From an uncultured Gammaproteobacteria bacterium (GTDB lineage: Bacteria > Patescibacteriota > Microgenomatia > Levybacterales > GWA1-39-11): DNA of 64,000 nucleotides. Below are positions 39,014-48,617 of this stretch, piece after piece. Where the stretch lies: contig CAYPEN010000003.1 of assembly GCA_964409875.1 (NCBI GenBank), positions 64,557 to 128,556 of the forward strand. The letters run 5' to 3'. A model generated the notes under the pieces. The model made no database searches, was not told where the DNA came from, and worked only from the letters and a program-made list of their open reading frames with translations. Made by a program: the position numbers and the translations under genes. Position 1 is the stretch's first letter. Each line of letters opens with the position of its first letter.

Positions 39014-39687
39014 AATATCTGCTTCACGGTGACGATACTGTTTCGTCGCGAAAATTCATAAGTACCCTTGTAGAAGGGTATACCGTTACAGCAATTGAAG
39101 GAAAGTCACTTTTGACCCGTGACCTTGAGACTCAGCTTGTATCAACCGGACTTTTCGGAGACAAGAAAGCACTCATTATCGAAAATCTGCTCAGCAAAAA
39201 TTCACGGAAAAAGGAATTAATATCAATTCTTGTTACCCATAACGGACCGGTTTTAGTACTCGTGTGGGAGGATAAGAAGCTGCCGAAAACGTCATCTAGT
39301 GCAATGAAAGGTTTTGAGGTAAGAGAATTTATGCTTCCTTCCGTATACTTCCAATTCTTGGATAGCTTTTCGGAAAACAATGGAAAAAAATTGTTTGAAA
39401 TGTACCAAGAACTTCTAAAAACCGTGTCTGCAGAGCAGATATTCTACTCTCTGGTAAAAAGATTGAGACTGCTTTTGATTTTGTCGGGGAACGGAACGAG
39501 TGAAGAGATTTCCAAAATGTCTCCTTGGCAAAAGCAAAAACTTTCCCAGCAGGTCCGCTTTTGGAATAATTCTACACTTTTAAAGTTTTACCAAGAATTG
39601 CAAGATGCGGAAATTAAGCTTAAGAGTGGGAGACTTCCAATGGGCCTCTCGAAGCATCTTGACACTCTTATACTTTCTCGACTATGA
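39010..39687 (+). CDS. holA: DNA polymerase III delta subunit-like protein
   Basis: Size and N-terminal AAA-lid-like pattern fit the delta subunit. Weak similarity only. Confidence 0.45.
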   Translation: MKYLLHGDDTVSSRKFISTLVEGYTVTAIEGKSLLTRDLETQLVSTGLFGDKKALIIENLLSKNSRKKELISILVTHNGPVLVLVWEDKKLPKTSSSAMKGFEVREFMLPSVYFQFLDSFSENNGKKLFEMYQELLKTVSAEQIFYSLVKRLRLLLILSGNGTSEEISKMSPWQKQKLSQQVRFWNNSTLLKFYQELQDAEIKLKSGRLPMGLSKHLDTLILSRL

Positions 39688-39748
39688 TGATTTGTGTTGT
39701 CAGGAAAATGTCCAGACTTTAGAAAATAATTACTATACAGTAAGTTCC

Positions 39749-41566
39749 ATGACTGATGAATTAAAACCTCAACTCGACAGCGCTCTCCAACAAAAAAAGC
39801 TCAACGAAAAAGCTTACAAAGAAATAACCAAATGGTTAACAGATCCTGAGTTTGAAGAATTTGTACCGTCTCTTTCAGAAAGAATAAAAAGTGAGGATTG
39901 GGAATTCCTCATGGACGCTTTTTATCGGGTACTAATATTTGGTACCGGTGGAATACGTGGAGTGATGGATATCGGGACTAACCGCATGAATAACTACATG
40001 ATTCGTTGGGCATCCCAAGCATATGCTCAGTACATTCTCAAGCACAAAGCGGATATGAAAGACAGGGGTGTTGCAATTGCATTTGACTCACGGCACAATT
40101 CCGAGACCTTCATGAAAGAAACTGCAAGAGTCTTGGCCGCAAATGGCATTCCTGTGCACATTTATAATTACTACAAAGCTACTCCTCAATTGTCTTTCAC
40201 TGTTAGGGAACTTAAGTGTGTTGGTGGGATAGTGCTTACCGCAAGCCATAACCCTCCCAAATTCAATGGGTATAAAGTGTATGACGAGAACGGAGTCCAG
40301 GTTTTGCCCGATGTGGGACTTCAGATTGAGGAGGAATTTAATAATGTGTTACAGATTAAAAAAATTCCTTTTGAGGAAGCAGTCGCTAGCGGTATGATTA
40401 ATTATATTCCCGACGAGGTTAGCAAAAAATTTGCAGAAAGCGCGAAGAAAGCGTCAATTTACGGTAAACGGGACGTAAAAATCGTCTTTTCACCTCTTCA
40501 TGGAGTGGGTTCCCAGTCTGTACTTCCTGTTTTAAAGGAACTGGGATTTAATGACATCGTCCTCGTGCAGGAACAGATGGAGTTGAATGGAGATTTTCCA
40601 AATGTTACGGGACAATTTCCCAATCCTGAATTTCCCGTAGTCTACGATAAGGCAATAGACCTTGCAAAAAAAGAGAATGCGAATATTGTGCTCGTTAGTG
40701 ATCCGGATGCAGACCGCCTTGGGATGGCAGTTCCTGACGCAAAAGGGGAGTGGATACCTCTTAATGGAAATCAAGGGGCTGTTGTTATGGTCTATTTTAT
40801 CCTTGAGGCACTGAAGGAAAAAAATTCTCTTCCCCAAAACCCTGTCATGGTAAAAACTTCCGTTACAACCGAATTATTCAGAGATATCGCGGAAAGTTAC
40901 GGGGTAGAAGTTATTGGGGACTTGTTGGTAGGATTTAAGTTTATCGGGGATAGAATTGAGCATTTGCCATCCGACAAAACATTCATATTTGCGGCTGAGG
41001 AGAGTGTGGGATATCTGTTTGGGGATGCATATAGGGATAAAGGGGCTGAAACGCCGGCTGTCGTTGCCGCCGAAATGGCCGCCTACTGCAAGGAAAAAGG
41101 AATAACACCCATGGAGCTTTTGGAGAAGATATACCAACAATTTGGTTATTATGCAGAACGGCTTTTTTATAAAGAAATTACCGGCTTTGGAGCATTTGAC
41201 CAGATGAATTTGGCAATGAAGAAATTGAGAGAAAATCTCCCTAAGGAAATTGGGGGGCGTAAGGTATTGAAGGTTCTTGATAGGTTAACAGGAGAATTAA
41301 GGGACGGACAAACCGGTGAGCTTCTTGATACGAGAGCCTGGGACAAGGGAGATATGCTTTCATTTTTCTTTACTGAGGATGAGCGGACTGTAATTCACGC
41401 GCGGCCGTCAGGAACAGAGCCTAAAATGAAATATTACACCAATGTAAAGGGCAAACTTTCAGAGCAGTCGAAAGGCGAAATAATGCACGAGGCAGAAATC
41501 TTAGAGCAGGCAATTGCAAAAATTTTTGAAGAAATTCTTGCCACAGTGCAGGTGAACGTTTTTTAA
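39749..41566 (+). CDS. Phosphoglucomutase/phosphomannomutase family protein
   Basis: Active-site loop TASHNPPKFNGYKV and the four-domain PGM/PMM architecture. Confidence 0.9.
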   Translation: MTDELKPQLDSALQQKKLNEKAYKEITKWLTDPEFEEFVPSLSERIKSEDWEFLMDAFYRVLIFGTGGIRGVMDIGTNRMNNYMIRWASQAYAQYILKHKADMKDRGVAIAFDSRHNSETFMKETARVLAANGIPVHIYNYYKATPQLSFTVRELKCVGGIVLTASHNPPKFNGYKVYDENGVQVLPDVGLQIEEEFNNVLQIKKIPFEEAVASGMINYIPDEVSKKFAESAKKASIYGKRDVKIVFSPLHGVGSQSVLPVLKELGFNDIVLVQEQMELNGDFPNVTGQFPNPEFPVVYDKAIDLAKKENANIVLVSDPDADRLGMAVPDAKGEWIPLNGNQGAVVMVYFILEALKEKNSLPQNPVMVKTSVTTELFRDIAESYGVEVIGDLLVGFKFIGDRIEHLPSDKTFIFAAEESVGYLFGDAYRDKGAETPAVVAAEMAAYCKEKGITPMELLEKIYQQFGYYAERLFYKEITGFGAFDQMNLAMKKLRENLPKEIGGRKVLKVLDRLTGELRDGQTGELLDTRAWDKGDMLSFFFTEDERTVIHARPSGTEPKMKYYTNVKGKLSEQSKGEIMHEAEILEQAIAKIFEEILATVQVNVF

Positions 41567-41569
41567 TCC

Positions 41570-42340
41570 GTGGAACCCCAACATCTTTTAGATATCCAAA
41601 AAAAAGTAGAGGAAATTGTAATTTCTAGTGGAATGTACGCATTATCAAAATGGGAGGATGTAGTTGCAGTGCAGAAGGGGGATGAGGGAGACGTGGTAAC
41701 TGATGTCGATAAAATAATCGAGGAAGATATAAAGACAAAGCTGGGCGGTTTGGTTCCTGGTGCATCAATTGTCGGAGAGGAGTCGGGAGGCGAGGGAACG
41801 GGGCTCTACTGGGTCATAGACCCAATTGATGGTACAAAAAATTATGCACATAAAATGCCAGGATTTCTCACGCAGGTCGCACTAATTTCAAATAATGAGT
41901 CCATTTTGGGGGTTGTATATGACCCTGTTGCGCGTCATTTATTTTCTGCAAGCAAGGATAACGGTACATTTCTCAATGGAATAGCAATAGCGTGTCAACC
42001 ACGCGTTGACTCTTTATCAAAAGCCGTCCTTGACGTAGATTTTGGAGGAACTGAAGACTCAGAATGGAAAGCAAAGGTTTTCGCAAATTTAGCAAAGCAG
42101 ACATACAGAGTGCGCGTAAGCGGAGGGAGGTTTTCTCCCTATCTTCTCACCGGTGGGGTAAATGCTGTTTTGGTAGTTAATCCAACTACTAAAGCTTGGG
42201 ACCAATTGCCCCGATTGATACTTATGAAAGAGGCAGGATTTGATATAAGAGAGAAAGAGCGCGAAGGACACGTGGTGCGTGTCATGGCAGAACCCTCTTT
42301 AACCAATGCAATTTGGGAGATAGTGGATATGGTTATATAG
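41570..42340 (+). CDS. Inositol monophosphatase family protein
   Basis: WVIDPIDGTKNY motif of the IMPase/FIG superfamily. Confidence 0.85.
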   Translation: MEPQHLLDIQKKVEEIVISSGMYALSKWEDVVAVQKGDEGDVVTDVDKIIEEDIKTKLGGLVPGASIVGEESGGEGTGLYWVIDPIDGTKNYAHKMPGFLTQVALISNNESILGVVYDPVARHLFSASKDNGTFLNGIAIACQPRVDSLSKAVLDVDFGGTEDSEWKAKVFANLAKQTYRVRVSGGRFSPYLLTGGVNAVLVVNPTTKAWDQLPRLILMKEAGFDIREKEREGHVVRVMAEPSLTNAIWEIVDMVI

Positions 42341-42398
42341 TTGACGAGTTGTGAAAGAATAATTTATAGTTACATCAAGAATATAAAAGGTTATGGAA

Positions 42399-42932
42399 AT
42401 GGGACACACTTTTAAAGATATCGAACACTTGCCGCGAGAAACGGTTGCTGAAAAATTTGGGAGCGATTTACGGAATTTAGGATACACAGTTGTAGAGACT
42501 GACTTCGATAGGCCGTGGGGAGGTTTTTTCAGAATTTCTGATGATGAGGCGCCTCGCTTTTTGAATGATTATTTCAATGGTGTAGATTTACCACCCACAG
42601 TTGAGGGAGCTACTTTGAGTCCAAAATTTCTTATCGTTGAGCCTGAAAAAAAGCTCTCTTGGCAAGTACACGACAGAAGAGCGGAATTTTGGCGCGTTGT
42701 TGACGGCCCGGTTGGTGCATACTTGAGCCAGACGGATGAACAGCCCGATAGTCCCCAGGTTTTTCAAAATGGAGAAACAATTGATATGCCAGTAGGAACC
42801 AGACACAGATTGGCCGGACTTGATAAGAGAGGGATAGTTGCAGAAATTTGGATTCATACTGACCCAAATAATCCTTCAGATGAGAGCGATATAAGAAGAA
42901 TTTCTGATGATTTCGGAAGAGAAAGCAAATAA
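42399..42932 (+). CDS. Mannose-6-phosphate isomerase type II-like cupin domain protein
   Basis: WGGFF...SWQVHDRRAEFWRVVDG...GTRHRL matches the PMI/GMP cupin signature. Confidence 0.75.
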   Translation: MGHTFKDIEHLPRETVAEKFGSDLRNLGYTVVETDFDRPWGGFFRISDDEAPRFLNDYFNGVDLPPTVEGATLSPKFLIVEPEKKLSWQVHDRRAEFWRVVDGPVGAYLSQTDEQPDSPQVFQNGETIDMPVGTRHRLAGLDKRGIVAEIWIHTDPNNPSDESDIRRISDDFGRESK

Positions 42933-42937
42933 CAACA

Positions 42938-43867
42938 ATGGATGAGATTAAAAATTTAGATAAAATTGTACTAGAAGCTTTGGATTTTTTTGTTAAAAAT
43001 CCACCGTCTTCTTTTGATATTTCCACATATAATCTTCCATTCGTAGTCGGTTCGGGAAATGCGTACAACACCGGTACCATACTTTTCTCACAAAAGGCTG
43101 CAATATTTGCAGATGAGAGCAACTTTCGAAATGTTATTGATGCATATAAAAAAGCAGTTGAAAGTAGAATGATAACGCAGGCTGTAGTAATTTCGGCTTC
43201 CGGTGGGAAAGATAGTGTTTGGGAGTTAGAGCTTGCAAAACAAAACGGTCTTCAAACAACATTGCTTACAACAAAATCAGAATCGGATGCTGCAAAAATT
43301 GCAGATAAGCTTTTTGTATTTAAGTCAATTGCGGAGCCCTATACTTATAACACTTCCACCTACATGGGCATGATAATGGCAGCAAGTCGGGAGAACCCCG
43401 TTGTAATAAAAGACTATCTATTATCTTTGGAATTTCCAGAAAACTTCAGCAACTATTCAGCGTATTCGTTTGTATTGCCGGATAAATTTATGCCCATCTG
43501 CCCGATGCTAGAGATAAAAAAGAGCGAACTATTTGGACCCAAATTATCTCTTCGGGCATTTAGCCAGGGACATGCAAGGCATGCAAAATTTGTAATAAGA
43601 GATAAAGGCGAACTTGTAATCTCTATCGGTCAAAAAAACGACTACTTTGGAGATACAGAAAGTAGATGGGACATTTTTCCGACCGACGATTTTAATTTTG
43701 CAGGAATAATGGCACTTACTTATTATATTGTAGGCAAAATCCAGGCATCCAAACCGCAATATTTCAAAGAAAACATAAAGAATTATGTCTCCGATTATGG
43801 TCCCAAAGCGTACGGAGAGACTACAAAACCGTTTGAACTGATTGTGTCAGGGACAGAAAGCAATTAG
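42938..43867 (+). CDS. Hypothetical protein (possible SIS-like sugar-phosphate binding fold)
   Basis: 309 aa. FVVGSGNAYNTG and ISASGGKDS could be SIS-like glycine loops. Lies within the sugar-phosphate gene cluster. Confidence 0.5.
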   Translation: MDEIKNLDKIVLEALDFFVKNPPSSFDISTYNLPFVVGSGNAYNTGTILFSQKAAIFADESNFRNVIDAYKKAVESRMITQAVVISASGGKDSVWELELAKQNGLQTTLLTTKSESDAAKIADKLFVFKSIAEPYTYNTSTYMGMIMAASRENPVVIKDYLLSLEFPENFSNYSAYSFVLPDKFMPICPMLEIKKSELFGPKLSLRAFSQGHARHAKFVIRDKGELVISIGQKNDYFGDTESRWDIFPTDDFNFAGIMALTYYIVGKIQASKPQYFKENIKNYVSDYGPKAYGETTKPFELIVSGTESN

Positions 43868-43903
43868 CTTGCATTTTTTTTAACTTTCTTCCACAATAAA
43901 TAC

Positions 43904-45076
43904 ATGCTCCTGCCTATTGATTTTGTAGTGGGAAATGAGTCCCTTGAGTTTGAGGATAGACACGTCGTCGGTGAAGATATTGCTTCCCTTGGAGAATTTT
44001 CAAAAAAAGGACTTATTTTGCCCGGAATTATCCTAACGCCTTATGCTTTTTGGCATTTTCTTGACGACAATAACCTAAGAACACAAACTAAGCACCTTTT
44101 GGGGAGCATCAATCACGAGCATCATAGCTCACTCTCACAAATTTCTTTATACATCCAGAATGGAATTATGAGCGGGAAAATTCCCTCTGATATTTCGAAA
44201 TTATTATTCAAGAAAATCGATAGTAACAAAGAATATTTTATCGAAGCCTATTTTTTTCGAGGGGGTTCTCCTATTGGAAACCATAAATCACCACCTATAA
44301 AGGGGGAATCGGTTGTAGCCCACGAGGTGCGTATGTTGTGGGCACAACTTTTCTCACATGAAAATCTAAAGAGGCATACTATTAATCACACAAATCACCA
44401 AGAATTTACAGTTTGTCTTGCCATACGCCCACATCTTAAATTTGAATTAGAGGGTCATGTCAAAACCTTCGGTGCAAAAAAAAGTGAGTACGAAATAGAG
44501 GCCCGTTCGCATTTACGGCTTTCATACCACAAATATTCCAACGCATTTGTTAAGGGGCATGTTCTTCCCGGTGGTAAAAAAAATGCATTGAGTGTTGCAG
44601 AACTTAAAACACTTCTTGAGTATGCCAGGATGTCAGAAAAGGCATTTCTTCTGCCACATGAAATGGTATGGGGTAAACATGCAGGAAAAATGTATGTGAC
44701 CAAAATAATGCCGATATCCTCATTTATTGAGCATGAGAGCTCGTATGATTTCCTTGCAAAAAGCATGACGGTAACACCCGGCATTACTATCGGAAGACTC
44801 AATGTTATAAATGAAAAGGAGAAGATAGTTTTTGTATCGCAAGACGAGATTGTTTTACTGAAGGAAATCGATAGGAAAATGATTGAAACGGTAAAAAAAG
44901 CGAAAGGAATAATTGTTGAAACAGATCCTCATCCTGAAATAGTTGCGCTTCTCAAAAGTGTTGGAATACCTACCGTTATAAGAAAAAGAGAACGGCTATT
45001 GTACTCTACCGGAGACATTATCAGTCTTAATGCCACGACAGGTGAAATACGGCGTGGAAGTATTCTTGTTAGTTAA
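43904..45076 (+). CDS. Minimal PEP-utilizing-enzyme-like phosphotransferase (PpsA N-terminal ATP-grasp plus swivel/mobile domain, no PEP-binding TIM barrel)
   Basis: C-terminal ~80 aa resemble the PEP-utilizer mobile domain (GIPTVI...). The N-terminus is ATP-grasp-like. Only 390 aa. Confidence 0.5.
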   Translation: MLLPIDFVVGNESLEFEDRHVVGEDIASLGEFSKKGLILPGIILTPYAFWHFLDDNNLRTQTKHLLGSINHEHHSSLSQISLYIQNGIMSGKIPSDISKLLFKKIDSNKEYFIEAYFFRGGSPIGNHKSPPIKGESVVAHEVRMLWAQLFSHENLKRHTINHTNHQEFTVCLAIRPHLKFELEGHVKTFGAKKSEYEIEARSHLRLSYHKYSNAFVKGHVLPGGKKNALSVAELKTLLEYARMSEKAFLLPHEMVWGKHAGKMYVTKIMPISSFIEHESSYDFLAKSMTVTPGITIGRLNVINEKEKIVFVSQDEIVLLKEIDRKMIETVKKAKGIIVETDPHPEIVALLKSVGIPTVIRKRERLLYSTGDIISLNATTGEIRRGSILVS

Positions 45077-45077
45077 T

Positions 45078-46340
45078 ATGCCAAAAATAGATTCGGTTGT
45101 TGCGCGGGAAATATTTGACACTCATGGGAATCCAACCATTGAGACCATGGTGTCTTTAAATGACGGAACGACCGCGCGTTCATCTGTTCCCACCGGTATT
45201 ATGAAAGGGACATATGAAGCGCAGCAGTTAAGAGACGGTGATACCAATAGATTTTTTGGTCAAGGTGTTCTTCAGGCAGTTGAGGCCGTCAACACAGTCA
45301 TTGCTCCGAAGCTTATTGGAATGGAAGCGGTGGAGCAGCAACAAATCGATAAGTTGATGCTTGAGCTTGATGGCACCCAAAACAAAATGAAATTGGGGGG
45401 CAACAGCATCCTTTCTGTTTCCCAAGCGGTTTGTAAGGCAGCTGCAAAGAGTTCACTTCTTCCCTTGGTGCTTTACATAAGACAATTTATCGCAAGAGAA
45501 AAGACGGAACACAGAATTCCTACTCCAATGTTTAACATTATTGAAGGAGGAAAGCATGCGGAAAACACGTTAAATTATCAAGAGTTTCTTGTAATCCCGG
45601 CAACCTCCCATACGCTTTCAGAGTCGCTTGAGATAGGGGTTACGATTTATAAGACGCTTCGTGGGTATCTTAAGGATAACAATCAGTCTGTTCTTTGCGC
45701 TGATGAAGGGGGATTTGCCCCATCCTATGCGTCAAATGCAGATGCTTTCAGAACAATCAAGACCGTTATTGGAATGACACGGTTCGAGTTTTTGAAAGAC
45801 GTATTTATGGGTGTTGATGTTGCTGCCAATGCTTTTCTTTCCAACAAAAAATATACTATAAAGGATAAAAATGGGCAGCTTGACCAGGATGATCTTTTGG
45901 AAATTTATCAGGGGCTTGTAAATGACTACTCGCTCGTTTATTTTGAAGACCCTTTTGCGGAGGACGATTGGGAAGGGTGGAAAAAAATGTACCTTCAATT
46001 TGCATCAAAATCACTCATTTGTGGAGACGATATTACGAGCACCAACCCTTATAGGCTCCAGTCGGCTCTCAATAATGACGTTTTGAACGCAATTGTTATT
46101 AAGCCAAACCAAATAGGGACAGTAACGGAGGCCTTGGCGGTTGCCGAGATAGCCAGGTTCAAGCAGCTAAAAATTATCGTAAGCTCAAGAAGCGGGGAGA
46201 CCGAGGACAATTTTATAGCCGATTTTGCCGTAGCCGTGGATAGTGATTACGTAAAGTTCGGTGCGCCAGCGAGGGAAAGAGTTACAAAATACAATAGGCT
46301 TCTTGCGATAGAACAAGAGCTTTCAAAAAGTAAACTATAA
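45078..46340 (+). CDS. eno: Enolase
   Basis: Begins VAREIFDTHGNPTIET... and carries the enolase C-terminal TIM barrel motifs. Confidence 0.95.
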   Translation: MPKIDSVVAREIFDTHGNPTIETMVSLNDGTTARSSVPTGIMKGTYEAQQLRDGDTNRFFGQGVLQAVEAVNTVIAPKLIGMEAVEQQQIDKLMLELDGTQNKMKLGGNSILSVSQAVCKAAAKSSLLPLVLYIRQFIAREKTEHRIPTPMFNIIEGGKHAENTLNYQEFLVIPATSHTLSESLEIGVTIYKTLRGYLKDNNQSVLCADEGGFAPSYASNADAFRTIKTVIGMTRFEFLKDVFMGVDVAANAFLSNKKYTIKDKNGQLDQDDLLEIYQGLVNDYSLVYFEDPFAEDDWEGWKKMYLQFASKSLICGDDITSTNPYRLQSALNNDVLNAIVIKPNQIGTVTEALAVAEIARFKQLKIIVSSRSGETEDNFIADFAVAVDSDYVKFGAPARERVTKYNRLLAIEQELSKSKL

Positions 46341-46351
46341 TTAGTTATTGG

Positions 46352-47026
46352 TTAGGAATTTTTTGTTGAAAAGAGAAGAACGAATTCTCCTTTGGGTTGT
46401 TTGGTTGAATAGAGTTTTGTCAATTCCGAAGCTTTGTTTGAAAAGATATCCTCATGTATTTTTGTAAGTTCGCGTGCGACCGTTATTTCGATATCATCAA
46501 ACACTCCCTTTATCAATTCCAAAGTTTCACAAATTCTGTGTGGCGACTCATAAAGGACAACTGTTGTCTCAAGACTTTTAACCGACTCAAGATTTTTTAT
46601 AGCTTTTGACCTGGTTTTTGGGAGGAACCCTAGAAAAACAAACTTATCGGTTGGAAGACCAGAAGAAGAAAGTGCTGTAATGAGCGCTGACGGTCCGGGA
46701 ACCGGAATGACTCTTATGCCGCGTTTTCTTGCTTCAGAAACCAACCGGTAACCAGGGTCTGAGATAAGTGGGGTGCCCGCATCGGAAACAAGCGCAACAT
46801 CAACTGTTTTAAGAAGGCTTAGCGCCTCATACAGAACGTTTTCTTCATTGAATTCATTAAAAGGAATAAGTCTGCCGTTTTTTATCTCATATTTTTCCAA
46901 CAACTTTTTTGTCTGACGCGTATCCTCGCAAAGAACTGCCCCAACCTCATTTAAGGTCGAAAGAGCTCTTGAAGTAATATCTTGCATGTTGCCGATTGGA
47001 GTTGCTACAATGTACAAATTGCCCAT
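46352..47026 (-). CDS. rsmI: 16S rRNA (cytidine1402-2'-O)-methyltransferase RsmI
   Basis: LYIVATPIGN...CEDTR motifs of the tetrapyrrole methylase-fold RsmI family. Confidence 0.9.
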   Translation of the reverse strand: MGNLYIVATPIGNMQDITSRALSTLNEVGAVLCEDTRQTKKLLEKYEIKNGRLIPFNEFNEENVLYEALSLLKTVDVALVSDAGTPLISDPGYRLVSEARKRGIRVIPVPGPSALITALSSSGLPTDKFVFLGFLPKTRSKAIKNLESVKSLETTVVLYESPHRICETLELIKGVFDDIEITVARELTKIHEDIFSNKASELTKLYSTKQPKGEFVLLFSTKNS

Positions 47027-47638
47027 ATGTTAGAAATTGTCTCACATTTTATCATAAGCTTCATCCAATCTACCTCCTATCTCGGAATTTTTGTTCTTAT
47101 GGGCCTCGAGTCAGTGCTGATTCCTATTCCATCAGAAATTACAATGCCGTTCTCAGGATTTCTTGCTTCCCAAGGAACCTTGAATTTGTGGCTCGTTATA
47201 GTAACGGGAACGATAGCAAATCTTGTCGGGAGCCTTATTGCGTATTACATCGGATATTTTTTAGAAGAAACCGTTCTTTTGAAGCTTATCAGAAAATATG
47301 GGAAGTTTATACTTGTTTCTGAGAAAGAATACCGTCATGCAGAGCATTGGTTCCAAAAATACGGAGATAAAATCATTTTCATTTCCCGTCTACTCCCTGC
47401 TGTAAGAACCGTTATATCTCTACCCGCAGGAGTGTTCAGGATGAACATGAAGAAATTTGTTATTTACACTACGGTTGGGTGCTTTCTCTGGTCGGCATTC
47501 CTGACATATGTTGGATACGTCATGGGTGAGAATTGGAAAGCCCTAGACCCTTACTACCGAAAATTTGAGTACCTAATCCTTGCTGCCATCATTTTTGGCG
47601 GGATATATTTTGTCGTCAGAAAAATCCGTAAAGGTTAG
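47027..47638 (+). CDS. dedA: DedA family membrane protein
   Basis: SNARE-associated/DedA motif region (GLESVLIPIPSE...). Confidence 0.85.
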   Translation: MLEIVSHFIISFIQSTSYLGIFVLMGLESVLIPIPSEITMPFSGFLASQGTLNLWLVIVTGTIANLVGSLIAYYIGYFLEETVLLKLIRKYGKFILVSEKEYRHAEHWFQKYGDKIIFISRLLPAVRTVISLPAGVFRMNMKKFVIYTTVGCFLWSAFLTYVGYVMGENWKALDPYYRKFEYLILAAIIFGGIYFVVRKIRKG

Positions 47639-47640
47639 AA

Positions 47641-47769
47641 GTGGAACAACAAGTATCTATTCGATCCCAAGATTGTCCTGTTTGTTGTGCCCCAATGGGA
47701 GATATGCCAGGTTCAAGAGATGCTGTTTGTCACAAGTGTGGATATAAAGACCCTTGCTGTGAGTGTTAA
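47641..47769 (+). CDS. Unannotated 42-aa Cys-rich micro-ORF (GTG start; ...DCPVCCAPMGDMPGSRDAVCHKCGYKDPCCEC)
   Basis: 8 Cys in 42 codons within the dedA/lexA convergent gap. AAAGG lies upstream of the GTG. In-frame through to a TAA at 47767-47769. Confidence 0.4.
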   Translation: MEQQVSIRSQDCPVCCAPMGDMPGSRDAVCHKCGYKDPCCEC

Positions 47770-48419
47770 TTTACCGGAGAAAATTTGCGGACTAAGCCTG
47801 TCACAACCCCCTGGATTCTACATTCATTTGGGTAAATCGGTTCCATTTCGCTGTTTGACGGCATCAAGACAATTCTTCCCTCCTTTTTATAGAAGCGCTT
47901 AAGAGTTGCAAGACTGTCATCAACAAGTGCAACGACGATATCTCCTTCATTGCAAACGTCGGTTTTTTCAACTACTACAAAGTCTCCATCAAAAATTCCG
48001 TCTTCAATCATAGAATTTCCTTTTACTTGCAGCGCATAAGAAGTACGTTTGCCCGAAATCATTGAAGAGGCGACATCAAGAGTAGCTTCGGGGTCGGTGT
48101 GGGGTTCCAAAGGTTGGCCAGCAGCGATAAATCCCATAAGCGGAAGGGAGATGGTGGTGCCTACGCCTTTTACTTTCTCGCCGATGAGTGCGCCTATTTG
48201 GTCTTTTTTGAGGATTTTTAACGTTCTCATGTTGCCGTCAACCTTTTGAAGATACCCTTTTTCAACAAGGCCACGGATCAATGAATGGATAGTTGACGGG
48301 GCTCTTCTGTTCATAGCATCTGCCATTTCCCGAAGCGTTGGCGAGTATCCGTTTCTTTCCTGGAATTGCCAGATGAATGTTAGGAGTTCGCGTTCTCTTC
48401 GGTATAAAACTGCTGTCAT
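47766..48419 (-). CDS. lexA: LexA repressor (S24 peptidase)
   Basis: N-terminal wHTH and a C-terminal S24 domain with catalytic Ser (KGNSM) and Lys (KRF) motifs. Confidence 0.9.
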   Translation of the reverse strand: MTAVLYRRERELLTFIWQFQERNGYSPTLREMADAMNRRAPSTIHSLIRGLVEKGYLQKVDGNMRTLKILKKDQIGALIGEKVKGVGTTISLPLMGFIAAGQPLEPHTDPEATLDVASSMISGKRTSYALQVKGNSMIEDGIFDGDFVVVEKTDVCNEGDIVVALVDDSLATLKRFYKKEGRIVLMPSNSEMEPIYPNECRIQGVVTGLVRKFSPVN

Positions 48420-48597
48420 AATCTTATAGGTGATATTTGATGGTTAATAATTGATAGAAAAAAGTTTAATTAATTTAACAAAAAACTATACTAAATTTAT
48501 ACGAAAAATATACGAAGGTTGTCAAGAGATGCAATGTGTAACAAACTATAGCAACTTTGAATTGGCTTCTCGATTTCCCATCCTTTAGCCTCAAAAG

Positions 48598-48608
48598 TGT
48601 GGTACAAT
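48598..48608 (+). promoter_or_regulatory. Extended -10 element (TGgTACAAT) for uvrB with a very short leader
   Basis: TACAAT at 48603-08 is preceded by TG. The uvrB ATG is at 48618. Confidence 0.45.
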
Positions 48609-48617
48609 ATAATTTCT

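Noticed and set aside
47687-47902. 71-aa plus-strand ORF overlapping the lexA 3' end
   Set aside because: Different frame from the Cys-rich micro-ORF, and it mostly overlaps the lexA coding sequence antisense.
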